From Octopus sinensis (taxonomy: Eukaryota), in NCBI RefSeq assembly GCF_006345805.1, contig NC_043011.1, positions 38,762,464 to 38,826,463 on the forward strand: a DNA stretch of 64,000 nt. The letters are read 5' to 3'. Position numbers and translations under genes: made by a program. Shown one piece after another: positions 37,216 to 53,404 of the stretch. The notes beneath the pieces were generated by a model. That model did no database searches. It had not been told where the DNA came from and saw nothing but the letters and a program-made list of their open reading frames with translations. The first letter of the stretch is position 1; each line of letters opens with the position of its first letter.

Positions 37216-38535
37216 GATACTGGATGTCAGCAAGTATCACATCACATCTGATTTGTATCTTCTGTAAAAACAGCTTTTGCAAGACGTTCAGAAGGGAATT
37301 CATCAAGGGTTATACTCCGAGTGGCTCTAAAAGCATACTAGGTGATGTTTGACCAAGGTATCAGACAATAGGATTGAACTAGAGGCTGCGTGGTTGTGAA
37401 GCGAACTGTTTAACTACAAAGATATTCCTATGTCTGTTTAATATATATAATAATTGAAGAAATCGAATAAATACATTTTAAAGATCAACGTCGTTATCAA
37501 TAATTCAATTTTTGGTTTTATACCTATGAAATATTTTCTTTTAAACATTATCCATAAATTTAACGGCTTACTTGTAGGACTTTATGAAACCAACAGTTTC
37601 CTGTTAAATCAAAATAATGGAGAAAGACCTGAAAATTACTGAGGTTTTTCTGCACAAAAAAATAATAATATTAGGAGTAAATTTTAAGTATTTAATCGAA
37701 AACTTTAAGGCTGAAATATAACAAATTCTACAACTTTTGATTTATAACCTTAAAAATATTTTATCTGGTGAATTTACTCCTAAATTGAACATCATTCTTG
37801 CAGGAAATGATCAAAACGAAAGCTTCTCCCATATTAAAAGATAATAAACGGAAAACGAATTTAAAGTTTGTGAAGTTATTTTTCCCAATAACAATAAAAA
37901 ACATAATAATTCAATAGATTTTTGAATAAATAAACTATCACTGGCAGTAGCAGGCACCAAAATTCTTACCAATGCTTTGCTACTTTTAATTTATATCTGT
38001 AAAATATTTTCTTTCTGGAAGTGGAACTTCTAAATTAAACATTCTTCTCTTTTCTCCCTCATGTCATGTTTGACAGTTTATCTCCCTTTTAGATAAATAA
38101 ATAAATAAATATTTAGTGCAATAGTAATTAGGTTTTGCTATGAGATAGCATGCAACGTTGGTAGGGCATTCTCATGCATTTTGAGTAATTTTTTTTTTCT
38201 TTTACGTTGCTGTCAAAGTCAATTTATTTGGTTGATGAGAAGAAAGTGCAAATCAATGGCAAATTTGTATAGGAAGGCAATTCTCTTGTCTCTTATGAAC
38301 TTGACCACTTATATAACCAGTAGTAGCTTCATCAACACCAGCTATGCTAAATCAATATTGGCAGCAACTAAACATGGAGCCATGAAATTCAAACTGCAGT
38401 ATCCTATTGCTGCAAGATTTCTATCTATTCATTTCATGTTTCCATTTATTTTCCCATGCTGGAAGGAGCTGGAAGGTTCGGTTTAAGAATTTAAGACATT
38501 TATATGTATTCTTGCGAAGAGAGAGAGAGAGATAG

Positions 38536-38566
<31 letters not shown>

Positions 38567-38859
38567 GATTGAATTTCTCATTTTGTTTTTTCGTTTTAAT
38601 TTTAATATTTTTTATTATTTATTATCTATTCTCTGTGAGTGTGTGTGAGTCCTTGAATATTGAATTATTATTCAAATTGACAGTATATAATAAACTGGTT
38701 CGCCATAGTCGATAGAGTTACATATATATAAAAAATAATATAAATAATATATTAGGGAAACTACTCTGGTAGATATTAGACTGGAAGCTTCCATAGTTTT
38801 AAGTAGAATTTGATAATCCACAAAATACCAAGTAAAACTAAAGTGGATCTCTATCATTA

Positions 38860-38962
38860 TCACTGCTACTGCTACTACTATAGGTAGAGTTGGTGGGGTA
38901 ATAATAGTAGTAGCAGCAGCAGCAACATTAGTAGTAGTAGTAGTAGTAACAGCAGCAGCAGC

Positions 38963-38996
<34 letters not shown>

Positions 38997-39032
38997 GTAG
39001 TAGTAGTAGTAGTAGTAGCGGTGGTGGTGGTT

Positions 39033-39114
<82 letters not shown>

Positions 39115-39170
39115 CAGCAGCAGCAGCAGTAGTAGTAGTTGTCGTCGTCGTCGTAGCAGTAGTTTCATGT
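38860..39170. repeat. Compound (TAG/CAG/TGG)n trinucleotide microsatellite
   Basis: Directly visible. Confidence 0.95.
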
Positions 39171-39870
39171 ATGGTGAAATCCCTCTTGCCGATCGCGGAT
39201 TATTCTTGTCACACACAAAAGGAATATTTAATTACAAAAATAACCTAATACAACTTGACAACAGGCTTGAATAAATAAAGGCCGTTGAATCACTAATATC
39301 TCCACTATACTTACATAAAGCGTTTTCTTTTACGTACTTACTCAATCTTCTAGGAAATGCAGTCAAATTTCCCTCGTATTACATTAAAACAGAAGAGGTT
39401 TTATTGCCGTCACTCGCAAGAGGGCATGAGTTGGTAGCATGAGCTATACTTTATTTTCACTCATTGTCTTAGGTGTCTATGCGGTCGAGAGTAGACGTAG
39501 ACACACTCTGGCCCCAGCAAAACCTTGAGGATTTGACAGTTAGAAGCAGAGTCAGGGTAGCAGCAGTACTAGATCGGTCATCGTTGTTAAGTGAGTGGTT
39601 TGAGGCATCGTGAAATAAAATGCTTTTCTTAAAGAAAACAATTCACTGCCTGGGCTAGGAATCGAAACTACGATCTTTTGATCATGAGCTACCAACACCC
39701 TAACCACTAAACCGTGCGCCTCGTATGAGATAATGCGGTTCTCATTGTATAGTGTCTGATGACAAAGAGGAGTGTAGATAGCACTGGACGCTGCCTAACC
39801 AGGGATTGGATTTAACAACAGCGAAAACAGCTTCAACAGTAATATAAAAGACAAGTAAGATTTAATTATC

Positions 39871-40330
39871 AGGGCATCAGAAATCAGACCCCGGTACTCT
39901 AATCACAAAGCCGTGCTCCTTATATAAAAATGGAGGTCTGATTACGAAGTGCCTAATGAAAAGGAAGGGATAATTATTTACAGCTGTAAGATCTCTAGCC
40001 AGGGCTAACCTGAGCCTCAACAATATCAACAACAACAAAAATAAATTTGTTATAAGGGCATCAGAAATCAAACCCCGGTATTCTAATCACAAAGCCGTGC
40101 TCCTTATATAAAAGACGAGACCTGATTGCGCAGTGCCAAATGAAAGGGACGAGATACTTAGTTACAGCTGGAAGGTCTCTAGCTCGGGTTAATCTGAGCC
40201 TCAACAATATCAACAACAACAAAACCGATTTTGTTATAAGGGCAACAGAAACCAAACCCCGGTACTCTAATCACAAAGCTGTGCTCCTTATATTAAAAAA
40301 TGGGGATCTGATTGCGCAGTACATAATGAA
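39871..40330. repeat. Tandem repeat, about 2.5 x 184 bp; diverged copy near 40750-40840
   Basis: AGGGCATCAGAAATC-like start at 39871, 40055 and 40239. Confidence 0.9.
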
Positions 40331-40420
40331 AATGAGATTATACTCTTCTGTTTTATAAAAGAGTGACAAAGATACATTATTTACATTTAACGGATATTTT
40401 TCCTCACTTTCTTTGTTATT

Positions 40421-40466
40421 AACACAACGTTTCGGCTGATGTACTCTCCAGCCTTCATCAGATGTC
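40421..40466 (-). ncRNA. Minimal type-I hammerhead ribozyme with intact core
   Basis: GACAU-CUGAUGA-A-GGCUG-GAGAGUACAU-CAGCC-GAAA-CG-UU-GUGUU. Confidence 0.8.
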
Positions 40467-40519
40467 CTGGGGAATTTCGAACCTTAGGAATTAGAACCCA
40501 GGTTTGAAATTCCCTCCAG

Positions 40520-40565
40520 GACACCTGATGAAGGCAGGAGAGTACATCAGCCGAAACGTTGTGTT
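40520..40565 (+). ncRNA. Minimal type-I hammerhead ribozyme, inverted partner of 40421-40466
   Basis: GACAC-CUGAUGA-A-GGCAG-GAGAGUACAU-CAGCC-GAAA-CG-UU-GUGUU; one stem-II mismatch. Confidence 0.75.
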
Positions 40566-41075
40566 AACAACAAACAAGATAAGGATAAATATCCGTCGAA
40601 TGTAAATAATGTAAATAATGTAAATAATGTACATAATTCCTCATCTCTCAAATATAGAAAACTGAATGACAGAGATATTCAGTATTAGCAATGAAAGTGA
40701 GACGATGGATGGACACGGCTGGAATCGATCAAGGCTTATTCGTGACTCTGAGTTATAACTAAAGGTCTTTGACTGTCTACTCTGAGGATCAACAACATCA
40801 ACAACAACAGCAAATAATTAGGTCTTAGGGGCCTCTGCAAATCAGCTTTGATCAGGTGACTACAGCTAATGTGCAACAACAATATTTGTTTACAGACTTT
40901 CCAGTACACCTGCCATTGAAATTGTAATTATTTAAAACTGATTATCAATTTTCTCGAAAACTCTATTCAAAATAACTTCATCTCAGCACTATGAACCATT
41001 AAAGTACAAATCGATTTCCAATAGTTCAATGCTCTATCACTGAATTTGCATCTCTCTTCCTCATTCTCGTTCTCA

Positions 41076-43523
<2,448 letters not shown>

Positions 43524-44297
43524 TATTAAGGTTTACTTATTTGAATATGTATTTTCTTAAGAAGAAATGTTTGCCCCGACTCCTACTTCTTTTCACTCCT
43601 ACTTTTCTTCACTGCTACTTCTCTTCACCCCTACTCTCTTTCCCTCTTCTCTCTTACTCTCTTTCTCTCTTCTCTCCTACTCTCTTTCTCTCTTTCTCTC
43701 CCCTCTTTCCCTCTTCTCTCTCTCTCTTCTCTCTTACTCTCTTCTCTCCTCCTCACATACACACCTTCCCCTCCCCCATAAGCCCACCCACCCCTACACA
43801 TTCCTACTCCACCATCCCTATCCTTCCCATCCCCCATCTTATCCCCCACACCCTCTCCCACATACCCTACCTCTACCCCACCCTCTGCTTATCCACAAAC
43901 CCCAACTCTACCCCAACCCTCAGCCGTACCCACATCCCAGCCGTGCTTTCCCCACTCTCGCCTCCTCCACATCCAAACAACATCACACCACACCACACTA
44001 CACCATACAACATTACACATCACATCACACCACACACCACACACACCCATCCCCACATTTTCACACCTACACATACATACATGCACACGTCCAGACCACC
44101 AGCCCTCTTTCACACGCACATACATACTCTCTTATACACACACGCACCTTCGTGTTGGGGGTCATCTTTACTTTGTTATCTCCCCTACTTTCCTTCTCGT
44201 GTGTGACCCTTCTGTCCGAGTCAGACGCATGATAGATCGTTAGCCACTACACACATTTTTTTCTCTCCTTGTTTCTCTCCTTGTTTATTCTGTGTCC

Positions 44298-44333
44298 CTT
44301 TCTGTAGAAAATCGTAGGCTCGAAACGTAAAAG
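44298..44333 (+). ncRNA. Decayed minimal hammerhead in a PLE-type terminal repeat ending at (TA)n
   Basis: CUUU-CUGUAGA-A-AAUC-GUAG-GCUC-GAAA-CG-UA-AAAG; related to 47835-47867. Confidence 0.55.
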
Positions 44334-44420
44334 ACTTTTTCTATTCCTGAGCGTTATACTAATACATCTGTTTGTTTTGTACACCACCTGTCTTCGTCTT
44401 TTGTTTTTTTCGTAAACTCT

Positions 44421-44462
<42 letters not shown>

Positions 44463-45334
44463 TCAATCATGATATGTAATTCTTCTAAGATATGGTGTTG
44501 TTCTTTGACCACAGTAACATACCTGAATAAGTGACTAGAAAGTCTTGCCACGATTCCAGCCGTGCCCATCATGTCATTTTTATTGCAGGTACTGGATAAG
44601 ATAGCAGAATATGATATAAGGCAGATTTTACTGCTATTTCTCGTAGAATGAGTCATCGCTTATTAATGTTCACGTTATGCGTCTTGTTTAACTGAAGAGG
44701 GAAAATGTCCTTTCGAAGAAGCAAAGTGATGTACATGCAGTAGCGCAGGTGAAATGTTATCGACTGACTCCCTGATAGTTCAATAGCCAATCGATTTGGG
44801 CATTCGTGATTGCAGAGACTGACGGACTAATTAGTAAAATGAATGAATGAGTTTGTGTATGTGTGTGTGTATATGCGTGCGTGTTTGTTTAGGTATGTAT
44901 GTATGCATGCATGTATGTATGTATGTACATGTGCATGTCTGAATGTATGTATGCGTGCATGTGTGTATGTATGTATGCACACATGTATGTGTGTATGTAC
45001 GTGTGCATGCATGTGTGTATGTTTGTATGCATGTATGTATGTATGTATGTATGTATGTATGTATGTATGTATGTATGTATGTATGTATGTGTCTTTTCAA
45101 TTATTCGAATTCCTCCCGCAAGGAAGAAGCTGTTATCAAACGATCCTGGTTCCATCTCGGTATTTAGAGTGTGTGCCAACTGCAGAGGCACGCGAATTGG
45201 CCCCACCACCACCACCAGCGTATAAACTGATACAGGTTTATACGACAGACCCAAAGTACGGTCTCCATAAATGCATCACCCGAAGCAGTCCTCTCCCTCA
45301 ATCACCCATTAGCTACGTTACTGCATCTACAAGG

Positions 45335-45490
45335 TTTAGAAATTGGCACTCTGTCGAACCACTTCAGATGGAGGATCTGCCGGAGACATTTGTTGACGAA
45401 GGTATGGATCTTTCTTGTAGTTGCTGCAGGTTGCTCTCCATGTTTCAGAGCCATACAAAAGCACAGATTTTACGTTTACTCCAAAGAAAA
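45335..45490 (-). mobile_element. RTE-clade LINE fragment
   Basis: Minus strand reads NVKSVLLYGSETWRAT, frameshift, TFVNKCLRQILHLKWFDRV. Confidence 0.8.
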
Positions 45491-46249
45491 TAATCATTAA
45501 TAATTCGATTACCGGATTTCAGAGCTGCATCTCTTTGCTTTGGTATGCTATGTGGTTTGTTGCCTGATCCATTAAGGGAACTTTTTTATGAATAACACTA
45601 GTTTAGTTAAATCCATACATTGTGTATTAATTTCATATAAAATTATAGAAATATGTGGGTGGACATGTTTGTGCGTGTATGCATGAGGAAGATACAGAAG
45701 GCTGAAGAAAATATCTATTCATTTGCATGTGTTCAGCAGATGTACAGTTTATCAAAATATATTAATAGTCATGTTGTCCTTAAGTCATGAATTTATTCAG
45801 TTTTAATTAATTACTATTAAATTCACCAAACACTATGTCCTTGGATATTTCTACACACAACATCCTTAGCAATAAGGCTTATTAATTCCTCGCCAGGTGT
45901 TGCTTTAGCTGTAATTAAGTCTTGTTAGATTAAAATGTAGTAGCCGTTGTTAGTCTTTATTATTTTTTTTTTTTTTGTTAATGGTTTGATCAGAAAGTGA
46001 CAATGCAAGTGAGAGAAGTGTTCTGTCTTAAAGCCTCCATTGAATTTATACAAACACTGTTTAACATTCATTTTATTTGTTTGTCTTAACAAAAGCCTGG
46101 CACGAAATCTCTTTCGACTATTTGAAATAAATCTAAGCGGTCTTTTTAAATGAAGGGGACAAAAGTGAACTTCTAATTGGTCCTTTGGAACTCTATTTAA
46201 GCACAAATATCCGAAACCTATTGTTTAAAACAAAACAACATATAATAAT

Positions 46250-47030
46250 TCAAAAAAAAAAGTATGGAATTTAAATTTTTTTGATTCAGATAACGAACGT
46301 AAAAAGTAAAGGGACAAACTCTATTTCTTTCTAACATCAAATGGAAAGAGAATGCGAAGGGTTTTAAATTTATTTAGATGGAAGTGAGAGGAAGAATGAA
46401 TGAGCTGATATTTCAATCAAGTCATGAACGGAGGTTTAAGAAGGGTTTTATTTTATTAGATTTTATTTTTTTCCTTTCAAAGAATAAACAGAACGGGTAG
46501 TGTTTTCGATATCGTTTAATGTTTTAAACAGAATGAGAAGACTTTTTAGATTCGTTCAGATGGAAGAGAAAAGACAAATGAAAGGAAGTAGAAAAGAAAA
46601 ACGAAGAGGACTGTGTATTCCATTAGATGGTAAATGAAAAGGCATTTTGCATTACATTGAAATGGTTAATGGAAAACTAAAGAGCATGCCTTGAAATTTA
46701 TTTCAAGAAATGAACAAAAATCTTTATAAGAGGTTTTTAAATTTAATTTTTTTATTTTATTTTTCCGTTTTCCCTAATTTCTTGATGTGATCCAATAAAG
46801 ATGAAGATATTTTTAGGGATTATAACTAAGGAAAAAAATGATTTTTATATATTTTGATATTTCTTCAAATGCTCAAAAGAAACAGAAACGATAAGATCTT
46901 CAAGATGCTGTGGTTTTGAATGTAAGACGGAAAAATTTTTAACTTTCATTTCAATGACTAAAAGAAAGAAAAGGGGATATTCATAAAATTCAAAAGATAC
47001 ACAAAAAGAAGCGATACTTATCTATAAATA
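46250..47030 (+). mobile_element. Possible highly decayed L1/Tx1-like LINE 3' region
   Basis: Purine-rich coding-like strand bias; no clean motif recovered. Confidence 0.3.
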
Positions 47031-47089
47031 TTCCTCAAACAGTAAATTAAAGTAGCGAACAGATCCAATTTTATTTATTTATTTATTTA

Positions 47090-47479
47090 CTAGTAGTATT
47101 GCCCGGCGTTGCTCGGGTTTGTTTCGACCCTTTAGAATTGGAATTTTTGAAAAGTAAAGATTTTGCGTTAGGTAGCTTGTTATTCTCTTTAAGTGAACAT
47201 TTTTTGGTTGAAATACATCGAAAAATGGCGACACGGCAGTCAAAAAATCGTTAAAAATAGGGACTTTCATAGAAAAATAGCACCGTTTTGATGTAAATAA
47301 TTTTTGGTCTTAACATGTTCCGATTTGAATTTGTATCTTCTACGGAATGAAGAGCAAGCCTTCTTCTATCATACTCTCAATTTTGGTCAACTTGCGCCGC
47401 AGGGTCTCGGAGGAGGTAGTGTTAGTTGAAGGCTGTCAAGCCTGCTACACACAGACAACTTCAGCTTTATATAGAGAGA
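47090..47479 (-). mobile_element. Non-autonomous Helitron
   Basis: ACTAGTAGTATTGCCCGGCGTTGCTCGGG end and TCTCTCTATATAAAG start; interior differs from the other two copies. Confidence 0.75.
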
Positions 47480-47834
47480 TTTATTTATTTTATTTATTTA
47501 TTTTCAGCGAGCTATTTTTGTTTCTTATACAATACTAGGGTAATATCTTATGTGACACCCAAAATAAAAACTGAATTAAGTTATTAAAAATCATATGTTA
47601 TATGGCTGCGTATGGTTAAGATATTCGCTTCCCAATTACGTGATTACGAGTCCATTCTGAGCGGACAAAAACCTTGTGAATAAAAAAACCAGTAAAAGGA
47701 AAATATATGTAAGTATGTGCGTGTATGTGTGTATGTATGTGTGTGTGTGTGTATGTATGTATCAAAATGTAACCACATATCAATCGTTGGCGATTTTCTT
47801 CCTCCATCTTCATTTTCTATTGAACTTTCCTCTT

Positions 47835-47867
47835 TTTCTGAAGAAGAGCGTTGCTCGAAACGTTAAA
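47835..47867 (+). ncRNA. Minimal type-I hammerhead ribozyme with intact core
   Basis: UUU-CUGAAGA-A-GAGC-GUU-GCUC-GAAA-CG-UU-AAA; ACGU palindrome as stem III. Confidence 0.75.
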
Positions 47868-48669
47868 CCACCTTTATTTCCTCCCTAAGCGTCTGCTAAT
47901 ACTTTACATGTACCATGTGCTCACGTTGTTTTTTTTTTTGTGTTTGTTCTTTTTTTATTTATTATGTATTTATGTATGTGTATGTAAGTGTGTGTATGAA
48001 TGAATGTATGTATGTGTGTGCATGCGTGTATGTATGTGTGTGTGCGTGCGTGCGTGTGTGTGTGTATGTATGTATGTATGTGTGTAGGTGTGTGTGCGTG
48101 TGTGTGTATGTATGCATGTGTGTGTATGTGAGTATGTGAGCATGTTTGTATATATGCATGTATCTGTGTGTGCGTGAGTGTGTCTATGTGTGTTTATGTA
48201 TGTATGTATATATGTGTGTGTAAGTGGGTGCGCGTATGTGTGTGCATGTATGTGTATGTATGTGTGTGCGTGTGTGTGTAAGTGTGTGCGTGTGCATGTG
48301 TATGTATTATATATACATGTATATGTGTGTGTGTGTGCGTGTGTGTGTGTGTTTGCATGTGTGTTTTGGTGTTAGTAAAAACAAACGAGAAGGAATAATT
48401 GACTACTGAAAATAGAGTATGAACACTATTGTTTTCTTTTCAAGATGGCCGACGAATGTAAGAGCGGTTTTAACACTTGAGAAAACTTTTGGTTTCAGTG
48501 AACTGGTATCATCTGATGGAATTAAATCACTTGAGTGTTACTGCGTGTATGTGTGTGTATTTGTGTGTGTGTATGTGTGTATGTGTGAGCATGTGTATGT
48601 GTGTATAGGTTGTGAGATTAGTGAATCAAACGAAAGATACAGTTTGCTATTTCACTATCTTAGTTACAT

Positions 48670-49050
48670 AAGGCGGCGAGCTGGCAGAATCGTTAGCACG
48701 CCGGGCGAAACGCTTAGCGGTATTTCGTCTGCCGTTACGTTCTGAGTTCAAATTCCACCGAGGTCGACTTTGCCTTTCATCCTTTCGGGGTCGACTAAAT
48801 AAGTACCAGTTACGCCCTGGGGTCGATGTAATCGATTAATCCGTTTGTCTGTCCTTGTTTGTCCTCTCTGTGTTTAGCCCCTTGTGGGTAGTAAAGAAAT
48901 AGGTATTTCGTCTGTCTTTATGTCCTGAGTTCAAATTCCACCGAGGTCGATTTTTGCCTTCCATCCTTTCGGGGTCGATAAATTAAGTACCAGTTACGTA
49001 CTGGTGTCGATCTAATCCACTGGAACCCTCCCAAAAAATTTTGGGCCCTA
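48670..49050 (+). mobile_element. Family-A SINE with two internal units
   Basis: Canonical head; unit repeated from about 48902. Confidence 0.9.
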
Positions 49051-49399
49051 TATCAAGAGTAGAAAAAACTGTTTGTTACGTCCCTTTGCACATCTTGTGA
49101 AATTTGTCTTTTATCGCTCATGATAGATGAAACGAATACAGACGAATTGCATTTGTCAACATGATTGTGAATGATTCTTGTCCGAATCGTTAGCACGACA
49201 GACAGAATACTTAGCTGCATTTTTTTCATCTTTACGTTGTCAGTTCAAATTCCGCTGACGTCGTCGACCTTGCTTTTCATCCTTGCTGGGACGATAAAAT
49301 CAGTAACAGTCAAGTACTAGGGACGATGTAATCAACTTACCGACCCCACTCGAAATTGCTGGATTTGTGGTGTAATACCCGGTAAGTATATAACTGTGG

Positions 49400-49950
49400 T
49401 CACAGCTTTCTGCTTTTGTTCACAGATCGTCAAGCGATAAGTACAGAGCAACGTACTAACCTGAGGTTTTCTGATCAGACTAGAGGAGACTCTATCAGAA
49501 GCACTTGGACTACTGCAACAAGTCTACGGAGATGAGACGATGTAACGCTTACCGTTTTTCGATTGGCACAAGATGCTTAAATAGGGACGCGACGGCGATG
49601 AAGACGGCCCCAGGAGGGAAAGATCTTCAACGAGCAGGACTGAGGTCAACGTTGAGCGCGTGAGGTAGGTGGTGCGTATCGATCGTTGCTTGATTGTTCG
49701 ACTGATTGCAAGGGAGCTGGGCATGAACCGCGACAGCATCTGGAAGAGTATCACAAAAGATTTTTCGCATGCGGAATATTTTCACGAAGATGGTGCAGAA
49801 GCTGCTAAACAGTAATCAGGAGGAATGATGCATGCGTGTCTCTCGGGACATCATCAAGCGCCTTCAAACCAAACCAGATTTGCTAGAGAGAGTCAATACC
49901 GGTATAGAGTCATGTATATTTGAGTGTCACCTGGAGACCAAGTGCCAAAG
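49400..49950 (+). mobile_element. Mariner transposase 5' fragment
   Basis: EQRTNLRF, YGDETM, FDWHK, RSSTSRT, ELGMNRDSIW, LLERVNTG.ES. Confidence 0.8.
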
Positions 49951-50037
49951 GTTCGTAACAACGGAGCTGCGGGAGAATTCCAGGAGAATCCCAGGAGAAT
50001 CTTTATAGGAGATATGGAAGCGTGGTGGAGAAGAATA

Positions 50038-50072
<35 letters not shown>

Positions 50073-50124
50073 TGAGAAAGTTGATGTGTGAAAGCACGTG
50101 GTTGAATATATAGAAAATAGTAAA

Positions 50125-50181
<57 letters not shown>

Positions 50182-51219
50182 CATATATATATATATTAAA
50201 TATATATATATACATACATATACATACATACATACATACACACACATGCATACATATATACATGCATACATATATATATATATGCATGTATATGTATATT
50301 TACAAATTTCAGTGGGTATGCTGTATATGTGTGCGCCTGTCCTAAAAATGTATGAGGTTGTAATATGATGTAGAGCATATACAAATATATGTAATCATAT
50401 TTAAGATTCCAAACATCTTGTATAAATTCATAAATCAAATTCGTACATATATATAGAGCAACTTTTAATTAAAATGCATAAAACAAGCTTCATAAAAGAC
50501 CGTTAGCTTCAATTTAGTGCATCTAGAAGTCAGACCTTCGAGTGTCTTTCGCAAAACACTTTTTGTGCAATAAACAATAAATTTTTGCCAAACTATACCA
50601 TTGCTAAAATATTAAACAGTATTGTTAACTGTATGAAATAAATGTTGTAGGAAACCTTGAATGTGTGGATTTCGTACAGTTGATGTTAGAGGAAGAATCG
50701 GTAAAGTCGCAAACGGTAGACTAGTGCCTTCAAACATTAGTTATAAAAACTCTATATGATTATTGACACCTACAGAAGTGAAAATGTAGAAGGATTAGGA
50801 AATTGCTGGCAACAAAAGTAGTTATATCGTAAGTATAAAGGGGATTTTATCACAAGATATTGCTAGTTTTTCTTTTCAAATATTTTGTGATAATTCAAAC
50901 ATATATATAGAAATTATTGAATCAGAGATCAAGGAGTCTAAAATCCAAAGAATTCAAGACGTTATATAGAATAGTAATATGCATGCAGGTATGCATATAT
51001 GGCTCTAGATATTCATATAGATAGGTAGATATATATGTATGCATGTACATATGTTTTTATGGTTTCATGGATATATGTTCGAATGCATTGATGGGTGAAT
51101 GTAAATAAATATATAAACATATACATAAAAGGCTATATATATATTATATATATATATATACATATAGATAGACAGATAGATAGATATATAGATAGATAGA
51201 GAGATAGATAGAGAGATAG

Positions 51220-51291
<72 letters not shown>

Positions 51292-51296
51292 GGATG

Positions 51297-51377
<81 letters not shown>

Positions 51378-52245
51378 CATTTATGTTTCTATATGCAACA
51401 CAAGTCTTCAAAAGTAGATATAGGTCTCAAAGACATATTTTATCAATTCTTTTTGCATTCGATACAAATTTATTAAAACAAAAACACATAACAAATTCCC
51501 CTACGAAAAGAGAATAAATATACAATAGAGAGTTGTAAAAAGATATCGGAAGTAGCAAAAATTGATATATTCGTGATCTGAAAGTATCGGGAAAGAATAT
51601 TTTTCTGTAGTTATAAATGATGAGTGGTGGGAAACAGTTTCCGAAAACACATATTACTTGAATGAAACAAGGACGATTGAATACAGAATATCGCATCAAT
51701 ACAATACATACTTTTGTATACATAGAAAGGCATATATATATATATAATGTGTGTGGGGGAAGTGTGCAAGAGACAGTGACTGTGAGATTGCAAATAGGAA
51801 AGAGAGAAAAATAATATTACGGAAGAAAGAATACAGAGAAAAGATTAAGGAGCAGAAAGGTGTTATTCGTAAAAGTCTATGACGTATAAGTATACATGTA
51901 TCTGCATGTACGTATGCATGCACAGAAGGGTCTGTATACATTTGCTTTGTAAGTATATGTATATAGATATATAGATACATGCATATGCATAAATATATAT
52001 ATATACATATATATATGCATATGTGTGTGTGTTTGAATATATATATATACAGATACACACTCTGTATTATATATATATGCATGTATGTGTATGTTTTCTA
52101 TGTATATACACACGTATAAATGTATGTGCGCTGAGGCGAAAGAGAAGGTTAGATCCAGAAAATCCCAAGCATATATGTGCATAATATATATATATATATA
52201 TTATATATATATGATATATGTATATAATATATATAAATAAATGCA

Positions 52246-52307
<62 letters not shown>

Positions 52308-52435
52308 GGTATGCATAGATATATATATACATATACATACATATATACACAAATATACATACTTATATACAAATATGTGTATATATTTATGTATATATGG
52401 TTATGTAGTGTATCTATCTGTCTCTCCCTCTTTTT

Positions 52436-52466
<31 letters not shown>

Positions 52467-52481
52467 CATATACGAAGATCC

Positions 52482-52541
<60 letters not shown>

Positions 52542-53163
52542 GACAGATTTAGATATATGCATACATATAAGGAAGAGGTGTGTGGGTAGGTCACAAATTT
52601 TAAAGCAACACAAAGCATATCTTCCTTCTAGAGGAATTCCGGTCTCTGCACTAATTCCTTGTGTATTGTCGCAAGTATGCTTATTCCTGTTATACATTCG
52701 TTCCCTGTTGCTTCACTCTTTCATTACCAGTTCTGTCTTATTGACATCTGAATGACGTTCTATAGCAACATGTCGACAAAAAGACTGCATCATCTTAACG
52801 TCCTTTTATTGATCAAAAACGCTATAAGAAATCAATGTAAACTATATTTATTCAGTTATTCTATTTCGGATTGGAGTGTAATTCGTCTTATAGACACTCT
52901 AAAATCTTTTTCTTTGCTATGGGTATTATAAAAGAAAATTCCTATATATAATTTAAACCGTTTTCTTTCGTTCCTACTTCATCTGCATCACCCAGAGAGA
53001 TGTGACGTTAGCTATGCATGTGTTTGGGTGCGTACATTTCTGTGGGGGTGTATGTGTCAGTGTGTTCGGGTGTGTCAGCGTGTACGTGTGCGCTTGTGCT
53101 TGTACGTGTATAAGTATTTGTGAGTCTGCCAATACATACATAGATATATATATATATAATATA

Positions 53164-53237
<74 letters not shown>

Positions 53238-53297
53238 GCATATATATGTGTATATATATATGCATATATATACATATATACATATATATACATATAT

Positions 53298-53333
<36 letters not shown>

Positions 53334-53370
53334 GTATTCATTTACCTATAGATATACATGTGTATATAGA

Positions 53371-53404
<34 letters not shown>

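Noticed and set aside
38181-38486. 101-aa ORF in unique-looking sequence
   Set aside because: No motif, splice support or homology recognisable by eye
44688-44725. CUGAAGA plus short stem
   Set aside because: No GAAA core or stem III
44843-45493. 216-aa plus-strand ORF with a PPPPPAY motif and an AAG|GTATGG donor
   Set aside because: The first third is microsatellite and the last third is the antisense frame of an RTE LINE fragment (SVLLYGSETW on the minus strand)
51611-51730. Possible plus-strand exon INDEWWETVSENTYYLNETRT
   Set aside because: Acceptor present but no convincing donor or homology; it runs into (TA)n
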